In this document: in pieces, positions 22,171-32,947 of the stretch
Layout: every line of letters starts with the position of its first letter
Position numbering within the stretch: the first letter of the stretch is position 1
NCBI GenBank assembly: GCA_964450805.1
Contig: CAYVDD010000001.1
Location: 254,365-318,364, forward strand
DNA: 64,000 nt
Direction: 5' to 3'
Source: an uncultured Candidatus Saccharibacteria bacterium
GTDB taxonomy: Bacteria > Patescibacteriota > Minisyncoccia > Minisyncoccales > JANBVM01
The notes under the pieces: model-generated
What the model saw: only the letters and a program-made list of their open reading frames with translations
The model's database searches: none
What the model was told of the DNA's origin: nothing
Translations under genes and position numbers: made by a program

Positions 22171-22385
22171 CAAAAATTTTACGAAACTAAAATAACTAAG
22201 ATGAATAATTTTTTAGCTAGATATTTTTTCCTTATTCAATTTTAGAGTTCTTTCTTACTCTTTCTAAACTTAAAAAACCGCCACAGAGCGGTTTTATCAA
22301 CACAAAGACACTTGTGCTTTTTTAACCGCTTCTTATTCTTATTAATTGTCTGTCTGATTTATAAAGCTTTCCCATACCCAGATTA

Positions 22386-22413
22386 ATTTTAGCAGAGTAA
22401 AAGTTGTTGTCAA
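22386..22413 (-). promoter_or_regulatory. Dedicated sigma70 promoter for 23S-5S
   Basis: TTGACA-16-TAAAAT with TG extension; boxA-like AAGAACTCTAAAATTGAAT downstream. Confidence 0.75.
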
Positions 22414-22474
22414 GAAAAACAAACATCCCAGATTCAAAAACAAACCTGAGATGCTTTTATATACTCAGAGAATT

Positions 22475-23158
22475 CTACTTTTCAGAGATTTTTTCTTTTA
22501 TATCAAGAATAAATTTAGCAGCAGCATCCTTACCACCTAAACCAAAAGCTAAGCCAAAAGATAAAGTAATCATTCCTACAAAGCCTTTAATCAAAGTATC
22601 GATAATAGTCGGAGTTACTCCTAATTGAAATAAAATTGCTAGGGCTGCAAAAATATAGATTGCCCATCTAATTGTCATTCCCAAAAACCCAGCGTAACCT
22701 ACTCCCATTTTTTTAACGCTGGCTTTCATAATCTTTTCCAAAATATCTGTTATAATAACAGTTACAACAAAAATAGCTGAAGCAACAATTAAATTAGGAA
22801 GCCAAGTAACAACTCTTTTTAAGAAATCAGCAAAATGAACAAATCCTAAAATTTCAACAGAAGCCAGTAAAAAGACAATGACTAAAATCCATTTAATAAT
22901 AGCCCCAATAAATTCAGATGGGTTTACTTTTAGTTCTGCTTTTTGCAAAGCTTCCTTCCAACCCACTCTTTCAAAGATTCTATTAAATCTTAGCTGTTTT
23001 AAAATTTCAGCTATTAACTTTCCTAAGCCAACTGCTAAAAACCAACCAATGATCAGAACAACAATCGCTCCAATTAATCTTGGTAAGAACATCAGGAATC
23101 CTTTCCAAGCGCTTTGTAAAGCCTCAAGTGTTATAATAGACCAGTCTTGTACTACCAT
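22475..23158 (-). CDS. Conserved TM-helix repeat protein (MscS-related)
   Basis: FLPRLIGAIVVLIIGW, WLPNLIVA, GLAFGLGGKD. Confidence 0.85.
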   Translation of the reverse strand: MVVQDWSIITLEALQSAWKGFLMFLPRLIGAIVVLIIGWFLAVGLGKLIAEILKQLRFNRIFERVGWKEALQKAELKVNPSEFIGAIIKWILVIVFLLASVEILGFVHFADFLKRVVTWLPNLIVASAIFVVTVIITDILEKIMKASVKKMGVGYAGFLGMTIRWAIYIFAALAILFQLGVTPTIIDTLIKGFVGMITLSFGLAFGLGGKDAAAKFILDIKEKISEK

Positions 23159-23335
23159 AGATAAGAAGTTTTTATTAATTAGACTACCGACCTTTTAAAA
23201 AGATATTGGTATATTATAGCATTATGTCAAAAAAGCTCCTGTGGAAAACTTTTTAGCTGATTTTTCATAAAAAAATATCAATTTTTATTGACTTAAAACA
23301 TAAAAATTCTACAATAAAATCATTAAGTAATAATC

Positions 23336-23908
23336 ATGAAAAACATTGAGATAGAAATACAAGTTAATGTTGAAAACAGCAAACCACTCTTGGATTTTCT
23401 AAAAAATAATGCTCAATTTAAATCAGAAAAACAACAAACTGATGAATATTTTTCTCCAATTCATCGCAGTTTTGTTAAGGTCAGACCTGTGAAAGAATGG
23501 TTAAGATTAAGGAATTCAAAAGGTAGTTATTCAATAAACTACAAAAATTGGCACTATGATGAAAATAAAAAAAGCACTTATTGTGATGAATATGAAACTA
23601 AAATAGAAAACCTGGATAAGATTAAAAAAATCCTCAATATTCTTAATTTTAAACCACTTATTACAGTTAATAAGTTAAGAAAAACCTGGGTTTATAATAA
23701 CTATGAAATTAATATAGATTCAGTTAAAGATCTTGGTGATTTTGTAGAGATTGAATATATTGGAAAAGAACAAGTTGAACCAGTTAAAATTACAGAACAA
23801 ATGATAAATTTTCTGAAAAATATAGGCTGTGGAAAAATAAAAAGGAATTACCTGGGATATCCTTTCCAGCTTTTATTCCCAGATGAAATAAAATACGAAG
23901 AATTATAA
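23336..23908 (+). CDS. CYTH / class IV adenylate cyclase-like protein
   Basis: EIEIQ, Q.DEYF, WLRLR, K.R, DSVKDLGDFVEIE, GY; promoter TTGACT...TACAAT upstream. Confidence 0.85.
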   Translation: MKNIEIEIQVNVENSKPLLDFLKNNAQFKSEKQQTDEYFSPIHRSFVKVRPVKEWLRLRNSKGSYSINYKNWHYDENKKSTYCDEYETKIENLDKIKKILNILNFKPLITVNKLRKTWVYNNYEINIDSVKDLGDFVEIEYIGKEQVEPVKITEQMINFLKNIGCGKIKRNYLGYPFQLLFPDEIKYEEL

Positions 23909-23974
23909 TTTTTAATAGGACAAAACAAAAAGATAAGACATAACTGTCCTATCTTTTAACTTCAGCTTTATTTC

Positions 23975-24361
23975 TTACAATCTTTTAACTAATTGCTCTG
24001 GAGATTGGATGATTTCTCTGAACAACACATTTCTGCAAACCTCATCATTATCAGCAGATAATGCATAAATTGGCTTGCCCATTGCAGCTGCGCATCCAAT
24101 TTCTAAAGTTGTACTGTTTCCAGAATAACCATTTTTATTATAAATAAAAACAACATCAGCCATTTTAATTTTGTAAAAATGATCATGAGTCAGCCCTAAA
24201 GCAGTAAAGTTCTTGTAATCGTCAGAAAGATTATTCCATTCATCCTGTCCAGAATGAAGATAAGGCTCATAAACAACAACACCTAAATCTTTCAGTTTTT
24301 TAGCAAATTCCCTTATTTCTGGTTTAAAACGGCGACTGCCGCAAATTACTACTGATTTCAT
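23975..24361 (-). CDS. Nucleoside deoxyribosyltransferase-like fold protein
   Basis: ICGS..F, H..KI..AD.V, GYSGNSTTLEIG.A...GKPIY. Confidence 0.65.
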   Translation of the reverse strand: MKSVVICGSRRFKPEIREFAKKLKDLGVVVYEPYLHSGQDEWNNLSDDYKNFTALGLTHDHFYKIKMADVVFIYNKNGYSGNSTTLEIGCAAAMGKPIYALSADNDEVCRNVLFREIIQSPEQLVKRL

Positions 24362-24398
24362 ATTTTAATAGTATACTATGTCTTATTTAATAAATTAA

Positions 24399-24470
24399 GT
24401 GGACTTCGTAAGATTTAGTTGGAACCAGATCATACAGTAATTACTGGTTTGGGAGAAATTGAAACACACT
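24399..24470 (+). pseudogene. Recombinase C-terminal remnant / att scar matching tRNA-Ala 3' end
   Basis: Begins GTGGAC (same as 25071-25076) and translates VDFVRFSWNQIIQ*LLVWEKLKH. Confidence 0.45.
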
Positions 24471-25014
24471 AGCTTTTATTAATAATATTCTGCATCATAT
24501 CTCCATATTTCTCATTAGTAATTTCAGCTTCTGGAGATATTTGCTCTAATAATTTTACACAATCTTCTCTAGCTTTATCTATTTTCTCTCTTGAACTTAC
24601 CACCTTCTCAATCTCTATAAAATCGCCTAATTGTTCTACCTGGTCTATTGCGATTTCAAAATCATTGTATTTATAAGCGTCTCTTGTTTTAGAAATAACG
24701 AATGCTTCGTTAAAGTCTAATTTCTCTAATAGCTCTATACCAAAATCTACATTATCTAGCTTAGCTTTTATTTCAAATCCCCCACCCTGCCTTACAATTT
24801 CTTTAAATTCCAAATTACAACTATCATTTATTTCTCTTATTCTTACAACCAACCCTCCTTTAATAATCTTATTTTCTTTATCTAAAAATTTAGGATGTCC
24901 GAAAATTCTATCTATTTGTTTTACATTTTTAATAAATTGAATCCCCATTTTATTCAAAGATTCTTTTATAGAACCGACATCCTTAATTTTTGCTCTTATT
25001 TCTACTTCAATCAT
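24469..25014 (-). CDS. CYTH / class IV adenylate cyclase-like protein (second copy)
   Basis: MIEVEIRAK, QIDRIF, VRIR, K.R..Y, DQVEQLGDFIEIE. Confidence 0.85.
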   Translation of the reverse strand: MIEVEIRAKIKDVGSIKESLNKMGIQFIKNVKQIDRIFGHPKFLDKENKIIKGGLVVRIREINDSCNLEFKEIVRQGGGFEIKAKLDNVDFGIELLEKLDFNEAFVISKTRDAYKYNDFEIAIDQVEQLGDFIEIEKVVSSREKIDKAREDCVKLLEQISPEAEITNEKYGDMMQNIINKS

Positions 25015-25071
25015 ATGCTTTATTTTATAAAAAATTTGTTCTTATGGTAATAATGTATATATGCTAATCTG

Positions 25072-25145
25072 TGGACCTGAGCGGACTCGAACCGCTGACC
25101 TCCACTATGCAAAAGTGGCGTTCTAGCCAACTGAACTACAGGCCC
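25072..25145 (-). tRNA. tRNA-Ala(TGC)
   Basis: Cloverleaf, G3:U70, anticodon loop TT-TGC-AT; CCA not encoded. Confidence 0.95.
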
Positions 25146-25152
25146 TTATTAG

Positions 25153-25224
25153 TGGGCGCGGAAGGAGTCGAACCTTCCACCTCTTTTTTATCAGAAAAGC
25201 GTTCTACCGCTGAACTACGCGCCC
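25153..25224 (-). tRNA. tRNA-Ile(GAT)
   Basis: GGGCGCG acceptor stem, CT-GAT-AA loop, GTTCGAC T loop. Confidence 0.95.
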
Positions 25225-25790
25225 AAAACCTCTAAAACAAATAACTTTTTTTTAACAGGATCAAATTTATAAGAAACATCTTTATCGAAAATCAAATTCA
25301 GGTTTAAAGTCTTAAAAATCTCCAGCCATTCTTCTTCTGTTTTAAAAACAGTCTTATTCTTATTACCAAAAAGCTTATCAAATGAAAAGCTGTGAATCTG
25401 GCAAGCTAATTTTGATAAAAATCCTTCAGGTAAATCTTCATAAATAAAGATTTTACCTCTTGAAACCCTTATTACTTCCTTTAAAAGGGCAACAAAGTCT
25501 TTGCTGTGATGCAATGTATAAGCTATTAAAATATTGTCAAAACTATTTTCAGGGAAAGGAAGCTTTTTTCCGTTAATCAAGCTGAATGCTATGGGAAATA
25601 TTCTTCGGTCAACAACATCCACACCAATAACCTCTGTTTCAAAAAAATTCTGAAAAGTATTAGCTATTATTGCAGAACCGCAACCAATATCAAGAATTCT
25701 GGATTTTTTAATAATAAATTGTTCACAGTCCAAACACATTTTATGGGCTACCTGTTCGTAAATTTTTTTAAAAACACGATAAAAGTTCAT
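25215..25790 (-). CDS. Class I SAM-dependent methyltransferase
   Basis: ILDIGCGS, LPFPENSFD, LHH, E..RV. Confidence 0.85.
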   Translation of the reverse strand: MNFYRVFKKIYEQVAHKMCLDCEQFIIKKSRILDIGCGSAIIANTFQNFFETEVIGVDVVDRRIFPIAFSLINGKKLPFPENSFDNILIAYTLHHSKDFVALLKEVIRVSRGKIFIYEDLPEGFLSKLACQIHSFSFDKLFGNKNKTVFKTEEEWLEIFKTLNLNLIFDKDVSYKFDPVKKKLFVLEVLGA

Positions 25791-25932
25791 AAATTATTTT
25801 CGCAAATTAATCATTCTTTTAGAACTGATTATAAGTAAATTTTAGATTAAATTTTACATCTTGACAAGAGAGCTATTTAATATATAAATAAATCAGTTCT
25901 TGAATGTAAAAGCAAAAAAAGAGGTTTTTTGA

Positions 25933-26508
25933 TTGGATTTAAATATAATCATATTTGATATAGAATGCACAACGTGGAAAGGAGCAAAATATAGAAATTG
26001 GTCTGGGGCAGGTGAACATCGAGAGGTTGTTCAGATCGCTGCTGTATTAATAGAAACAAAAGAATTCACAGAATTATCTGTTTTTCAATCTATAGTAAAA
26101 CCGAAAATAAACCCTGTTGTATCTGATTTTTTTATTAATCTTACAAATATTACTCAAGAAAGAGTAAATAAGGGTGTTAAATTCACGACGATGCTACAGA
26201 AATTTCATCAATGGTGCAAAGACTATCAAATCTATTCGTTTGATAGCCGAACAAACACTTCACAACTTTTTGACAGAGATGTCTTAAAAGAAAATTGTTC
26301 TCTCTTGAAAGTAGAATTTCCATTCGAAAATAATAGATTTCATAATATTAATAAAGTTTTTCTCGATAATGGGTTTAGGCTCCGACAAAGCGGAGCCACT
26401 CCAGAAGCATTTGGCATTAAAATTCCTGCTAGACCACATAACGCGTTGAATGATGTTCGAGGCTTAATAATTGGTCTCAAAGAGTTAAAGCGTCTTGGAA
26501 AAATATAA
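25933..26508 (+). CDS. DEDDh 3'-5' exonuclease (ERI1/KapD-like)
   Basis: FDIECT, EVVQIAAV, LTNITQ, D, HNALND. Confidence 0.85.
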   Translation: MDLNIIIFDIECTTWKGAKYRNWSGAGEHREVVQIAAVLIETKEFTELSVFQSIVKPKINPVVSDFFINLTNITQERVNKGVKFTTMLQKFHQWCKDYQIYSFDSRTNTSQLFDRDVLKENCSLLKVEFPFENNRFHNINKVFLDNGFRLRQSGATPEAFGIKIPARPHNALNDVRGLIIGLKELKRLGKI

Positions 26509-26556
26509 TAGATTTTGTCTGTAGTAAATACAGATTTTTTTTTTATTTTAAACCCA

Positions 26557-26583
26557 AAACACGCCCGAATAGGCGTGTTTTTA
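26557..26583. terminator. Bidirectional intrinsic terminator between exonuclease and 16S trailer
   Basis: AAAACACGCC-CGAATA-GGCGTGTTTT. Confidence 0.75.
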
Positions 26584-26694
26584 GTTTTAGTTTCTTAGAG
26601 TTATCCCGACTAGTCGATCTTTTAGAAACTTCGACCAACTTCTCAAAAGTTAAAATCCAAATTTCAGATTTCAACTCTTATCAACCAATTTTAA

Positions 26695-28235
<1,541 letters not shown>

Positions 28236-28437
28236 AAAATAGTCGGGATAACTCTAAAAAACTAATTATATTAATTATCAGGTCCTTACTATTAAGTTTT
28301 AATGTTCTTTCCTTTAAAGTAAAAAATCAGGAAGAGACATCCTGATCATTTCCGAAATCTTTAATTAATGATTCGCTTATTTACATCTTTTCTTTTTTTT
28401 CTTAGTCATTTCTTTATTTATTAGTCTCTTCAATTTT

Positions 28438-28465
28438 ATTGTATATTTTTAAAAAATTATGTCAA
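28438..28465 (-). promoter_or_regulatory. sigma70 promoter for 16S
   Basis: TTGACA-16-TACAAT; boxA-like AAGAACATTAAAACTTAAT near 28291-28309. Confidence 0.75.
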
Positions 28466-28470
28466 TATCT

Positions 28471-29553
28471 TTATTCACTTCTCTCAATTAAATAATTTAT
28501 GAAGTCTTTTAGCCTTGTTTTAGCTTCTGATTCTTTTAAAAACCTGTCTGCGTCCTGCCAGGCATCTTTAATGATCTTTTTGGCAATATTCTTAGCATAT
28601 TCTATGCTGTTGTATTTGTTCATTATCAGGATAGCTTCTTTAATTTCAGCTTTATCTTTTATGTGTCTGTCTAGTATTTCAAGCAATCTTTTTTTATCTT
28701 TATCATCAGCATTATTTAAGCTGTGAATTACCATTAAACTTCTTTTTCCTTCTTTAATATCATTGCCAAAAGATTTACCAAAATCTTTCCTTTCCTGGCC
28801 ACTTAAAGTAATGTCTAAAATATCATCCTGAATCTGGAAAGCAACTCCAATTGCCTCAGCCACTCTGCCTACTTTTTCAACCAACTGGTCGTTCTTTTCT
28901 GAAAATACAACTGCTAGTTCAGCAGCCATTCTTGATAAACAACCAGTCTTAAAAACACACATCTGGAAATATTCTTTTTCATTAATTTTTTCAGCTTTTC
29001 CTTTGTGCCAATAAATATCTGTTCCCTGTCCCAAATGAAGATTTATCATTTTCTGCATATAAATCTCATAAGCTTTTAATAAAACTTCTGTTTTAAATTG
29101 TTTCCTGTTTTTTTTAAAAACTATTAAAGGCAGGAAATATAAGAAGTTTCCAATATTAATAGCAATATCAGTGCCAAAAATCTTATGAAGACATGGTTTT
29201 CCTCTTCTTATCTCGCTTTCATCCTCTAAATCGTCAATAATAAGGCTGCCGTTATGAATTAACTCTGGAACAATTGAAAAATCTTTCATTTTCCCAACAC
29301 TGCCTTTAACTGCTTCAGCAACCAATAAGAATAAAGCTGGTCTCCATCTTTTTCCTCCCCTGTCCAGAAAATCCCAAACAGGATTTATTAAGGATTCTTG
29401 GGCTGATTCAAGAGTATATTGATAATTAGCTTTTCCAAAAACAAATTCCAACCATTCTTGATTAATTTTTCTTGGAACGTATTTTTCAATAACTTCATCA
29501 ATTTCTGGTCTGAGTTTTTTAAAATAATCTGTGATTTTATCTTTGTAAGCCAT
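28471..29553 (-). CDS. Polyprenyl (GGPP-type) diphosphate synthase
   Basis: GGKRWRP, HNGSLIIDDLED..RRG, GQGTD, KT, FQIQDDILD, DIKEGK; start taken at MAYKDK. Confidence 0.92.
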   Translation of the reverse strand: MAYKDKITDYFKKLRPEIDEVIEKYVPRKINQEWLEFVFGKANYQYTLESAQESLINPVWDFLDRGGKRWRPALFLLVAEAVKGSVGKMKDFSIVPELIHNGSLIIDDLEDESEIRRGKPCLHKIFGTDIAINIGNFLYFLPLIVFKKNRKQFKTEVLLKAYEIYMQKMINLHLGQGTDIYWHKGKAEKINEKEYFQMCVFKTGCLSRMAAELAVVFSEKNDQLVEKVGRVAEAIGVAFQIQDDILDITLSGQERKDFGKSFGNDIKEGKRSLMVIHSLNNADDKDKKRLLEILDRHIKDKAEIKEAILIMNKYNSIEYAKNIAKKIIKDAWQDADRFLKESEAKTRLKDFINYLIERSE

Positions 29554-30397
29554 ATATAAGAGATGAAATTGAAACCAAGACAAAGGATAAAATAACGTAA
29601 ATATCCATTATTTTATAATTTTTAATTATTTTATAATTTTTTCCAGCCAGGAAAAAAAGAAGAAAAACAAAGGTTAAAATTAAAAATAAAAAAAGATAAA
29701 GATTGGGAAGCAATAAAAATATCGGCAAAAGAAATAAAGGATACAAAAAAGCTAAAGATGCTAAAAGTTTTTCTGATTTGTTATATCCCAAAAAACAAAC
29801 AGTGGTATTGATTCCTGCTAATTTATCTGAATCATAATCTTCCAAATGATTTCTAAGTTCAAGAGTAATTGAAAGATAGAAAATAGAAAAACCAATAAAC
29901 CAGTGAAAAATTGTTATTTGATAGTTAAAAATCAAGAATGGCAGAAAAAACAGAAAAAGGCCGGCAAAAAATCCATGAGAAATTAAATCAAGAAAAGGCC
30001 GGGATTTAAAACGTAAAGGCGGAGCAGAATAGAAAAATCCTAATAATAATCCCGTTAAACAGAATAAAAAAACTTTTAAACCAAAAATTGCTGACAAACA
30101 TAATCCTAAAACTCCCAGTAAAACAGAAAAAAACAAGCTCTTTTTATAGCTTATTTGTTTGTTAATCAAAACATTAGTTTTTTCTTTATTGTATTTATCT
30201 TCTTCTGTATCAAAATATTCATTGATTGAAAAACCAAGGCCCAAAAAAAGAAAAATTAGGACGAAGAAAAGAAAAATTAAACTTAAAGGAAATAAAAACC
30301 CTTGAGACAGAATAAAACCAAACAAGCTCATTAAAAAATATCCGCTCCAGTCAGAAATTCTTAAAAGATTAAAATAAGGTTTCCAGTTTATTTCCAT
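29537..30397 (-). CDS. UbiA-family prenyltransferase
   Basis: NEYFDTEED, YSAPPLRFK, NHLEDYDSDK.AG..T; polytopic. Confidence 0.88.
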   Translation of the reverse strand: MEINWKPYFNLLRISDWSGYFLMSLFGFILSQGFLFPLSLIFLFFVLIFLFLGLGFSINEYFDTEEDKYNKEKTNVLINKQISYKKSLFFSVLLGVLGLCLSAIFGLKVFLFCLTGLLLGFFYSAPPLRFKSRPFLDLISHGFFAGLFLFFLPFLIFNYQITIFHWFIGFSIFYLSITLELRNHLEDYDSDKLAGINTTVCFLGYNKSEKLLASLAFLYPLFLLPIFLLLPNLYLFLFLILTFVFLLFFLAGKNYKIIKNYKIMDIYVILSFVLVSISSLIYGLQR

Positions 30398-30905
30398 ATA
30401 GTTTTTGAAGCCGTTTTAAAGTAATTCCAAGCCAGGGAGCGTAATTTTTGGAATTTTCATTCATATCTTTTTCAAGCTCATCAATTTTAACCCACTTAAC
30501 ATCAGCAACTTCATTTATATTAAAATTAACTTCTTTATTGTTATAATTCCCAACCAAAATAGCGCAGAACTCATACTCTGAACCAACATCCTCATAGGAA
30601 GCGTGGTATATAAATTTATCCACTACCTTAATACCTGTATCAATTCTTAATTCTTCTTTTAATCTTTTTCTTCCTGAATCTTCGTAAGTTTCATTTTCTC
30701 TTGGATGACTGGCACAGGATGTTTCCCAGTAAAGAGGCCAGAGCATTTTAGATTTACCTCTTTTCTGAATAAGAACTTCTTTTTTATTGTTAAATAAGAG
30801 AATAGCGAAAGCGCGATGCAATATTCCATCTTTTAAATGACATTTTACCTTTTCTTCCAAACCGATTGGTTCATCTTTTTCATTAACTAAAACTAATTTT
30901 TCCAT
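30369..30905 (-). CDS. idi: Isopentenyl-diphosphate isomerase type 1
   Basis: H...G.LHRAF, CASHP, EELRI, EYEFC, EV, PW. Confidence 0.92.
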   Translation of the reverse strand: MEKLVLVNEKDEPIGLEEKVKCHLKDGILHRAFAILLFNNKKEVLIQKRGKSKMLWPLYWETSCASHPRENETYEDSGRKRLKEELRIDTGIKVVDKFIYHASYEDVGSEYEFCAILVGNYNNKEVNFNINEVADVKWVKIDELEKDMNENSKNYAPWLGITLKRLQKLYGNKLETLF

Positions 30906-30935
30906 TTTTAAACCTAAATAAAAAATCAATTAATG

Positions 30936-31008
30936 AGCCACCTCGCGGGATCGAACCGCGGACCTATGGTTTACAAAACCATTGCTCTGCCAACTGAGCT
31001 AAGGTGGC
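30936..31008 (-). tRNA. tRNA-Thr(TGT)
   Basis: GCCACCT acceptor stem, TT-TGT-AA loop. Confidence 0.95.
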
Positions 31009-31013
31009 GTTTA

Positions 31014-31388
31014 TTATTTGCCTTTTGATTTACGCTTTGTTGAGGTTTTTATCTCCTCCCAGTAATTATCATTTTCCCTGGCTTTGTTCTCTTTAACAGT
31101 TTGTTTCAGCTGTTGAAGCGAGGCAGAAATTTTACCTTCAATTTTGAGTAAAAACGCCCTAAGACTTATTAGAAGTTTTTCTAAAAATCCTTCATAGGAA
31201 AAATCCTTGAATGGATTATTTTTTTTGATTTTTGTTTTAAAATTCAAAACAAAGTCCTGTTTTTTATCAGAAGACTGGAAAGATTCTTCAGGCAAAGTTT
31301 TTAGAAAAGGAATTTTCTTTAGAATAATTCCCCCCAAGCCAATAGAACTTCCTAAAAGAATGATTTGCAAGATTGATTCAAATTTCAT
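31014..31388 (-). CDS. Hypothetical membrane-anchored protein
   Basis: N-terminal TM, coupled to tsf, C-terminal DNYWEEIK. Confidence 0.65.
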   Translation of the reverse strand: MKFESILQIILLGSSIGLGGIILKKIPFLKTLPEESFQSSDKKQDFVLNFKTKIKKNNPFKDFSYEGFLEKLLISLRAFLLKIEGKISASLQQLKQTVKENKARENDNYWEEIKTSTKRKSKGK

Positions 31389-31821
31389 ATCTGACGAATT
31401 TTTCTAGAATTATATTTTCGCCAAACTTTGCAATATATCCATCAATCAGATCTTTAACAGTTTTTTTTGGCTCCTTTATCCAGGCTTGCTCAAGAAGAGG
31501 TAATTCCTCAACTGATGCAGCAATTTGAAGGCAAAGTTCATGAGATAATTTTTTAAAATCCTCACTGCGGGCAACAAAATCTGATTCACACTGAAGCTGA
31601 ATTAAGACTCCAACTTTTTTACCAGCATGAATATAGCTGTCAATTATGCCTGCTTTTGTTTTCCTATCCAGCCTTTTTCTGGCAAAATCCTTTCCTAGTT
31701 CTTTTAAAATTCCTCTGGCTTTTTTAATGTCGCCATTTGCTTTTACTAAAGCTTTCTTGCATTCACTTATTGAAACTCCTGTTAAATTACGAAGTTTTTT
31801 AATCTCTTGAATAGTTGTCAT
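31378..31821 (-). CDS. tsf: Elongation factor Ts (short, 147 aa)
   Basis: IKKLR..TG....CKKAL, CESDFVAR, KFGENI...FVRYE; follows rpsB. Confidence 0.92.
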   Translation of the reverse strand: MTTIQEIKKLRNLTGVSISECKKALVKANGDIKKARGILKELGKDFARKRLDRKTKAGIIDSYIHAGKKVGVLIQLQCESDFVARSEDFKKLSHELCLQIAASVEELPLLEQAWIKEPKKTVKDLIDGYIAKFGENIILEKFVRYEI

Positions 31822-31823
31822 AT

Positions 31824-32582
31824 TTATTTTTTGGTTTCTGATTCTTTTGAAGATTCTTTTTCTTCCTTTTTTTGGGATTCCTTTAGTTCTTCTCCTTTTT
31901 TAACACTTTCTGATAATTTATTCAGAATATATTTTATTGAACTAACAGAATCATCATTGGCTGGAATTGACCAGTCAACTGAACTTGGGTCAGAATTAGC
32001 ATCACAAACACCAATAGTAGTTACTCCCCTGCTTTTTGCCTCTTTTATTGCCAAAGCATCTTTAACAATATCCAAGACAAAAATAATATCTGGTAATTTC
32101 TTAAGGTTTTTTATTCCTTGAAATTTCTTTTCCAATCTTCCCAGCTCTAAATCAAACTGACCTCTTTCTTTTTTTGTATACTTTTTCAGTTCGCCTTCTT
32201 GCTTTTGTTTCTCTAAATCATTGAAATAATCAATTCTTTTTTTGATTACCTCAAAATTACTAATAGTACCACCGAGCCACCTTTCACTTACATAAGGAAG
32301 ATTGTATTCTCTGCCAAAATCTTCAACCAACTTTCTTGCCTGAATTTTTGTGCCTACAACAAGCAGTATTTTACCTTCAAATATCTGTTTTTTAATGAAT
32401 TCCAAAACTTTTTCAAAACTTTCCTTTGTTTTATCTAAGTCAATAAGATTAATAGAATTTCTGGTTCCATGAATAAAAGGTTTCATTTTTGGATGAGTTG
32501 TGGAAAGCTTATGACCAAAGTGTAAGCCTGCTTCAGCCATTTCTTTTATATCAAGATTAAATTTGTTTTTTGCTCTAATCAT
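31824..32582 (-). CDS. rpsB: 30S ribosomal protein uS2
   Basis: AGLHFGH, RWLGGTISNF, PANDD. Confidence 0.97.
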   Translation of the reverse strand: MIRAKNKFNLDIKEMAEAGLHFGHKLSTTHPKMKPFIHGTRNSINLIDLDKTKESFEKVLEFIKKQIFEGKILLVVGTKIQARKLVEDFGREYNLPYVSERWLGGTISNFEVIKKRIDYFNDLEKQKQEGELKKYTKKERGQFDLELGRLEKKFQGIKNLKKLPDIIFVLDIVKDALAIKEAKSRGVTTIGVCDANSDPSSVDWSIPANDDSVSSIKYILNKLSESVKKGEELKESQKKEEKESSKESETKK

Positions 32583-32707
32583 AAATAACTAATTAATTAA
32601 TATATCATTTTAAATCATTTTTGCAACCCCAACCAAGACCTTATTAAGGATTTCCTTGATTTTTAGTCAATATGTGGTAATATTTTACTTATAAAACTAA
32701 TTATAAT

Positions 32708-32935
32708 ATGAAAAAAGACATCCATCCAAAATATTTTCCAAAGGCCAGAGTTAAATGCGCCTGCGGCAACACTTTCACAGTAGGTTCTACTAAAGAATTT
32801 ACTGAAATTGAGATTTGTTCAGAATGTCATCCTTTTTATACTGGAAAGGAAAAAACAATGGACACAATGGGTCAGGTGCAGAAATTCAAAGAAAGGGTGG
32901 CAAAAAAAGAGAAATTAAAGAAAAAGAAAAAGTAA
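32708..32935 (+). CDS. rpmE: 50S ribosomal protein bL31 (Zn-ribbon type)
   Basis: [23 protein letters not shown]. Confidence 0.97.
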   Translation: MKKDIHPKYFPKARVKCACGNTFTVGSTKEFTEIEICSECHPFYTGKEKTMDTMGQVQKFKERVAKKEKLKKKKK

Positions 32936-32947
32936 CAGATAGGTTCC

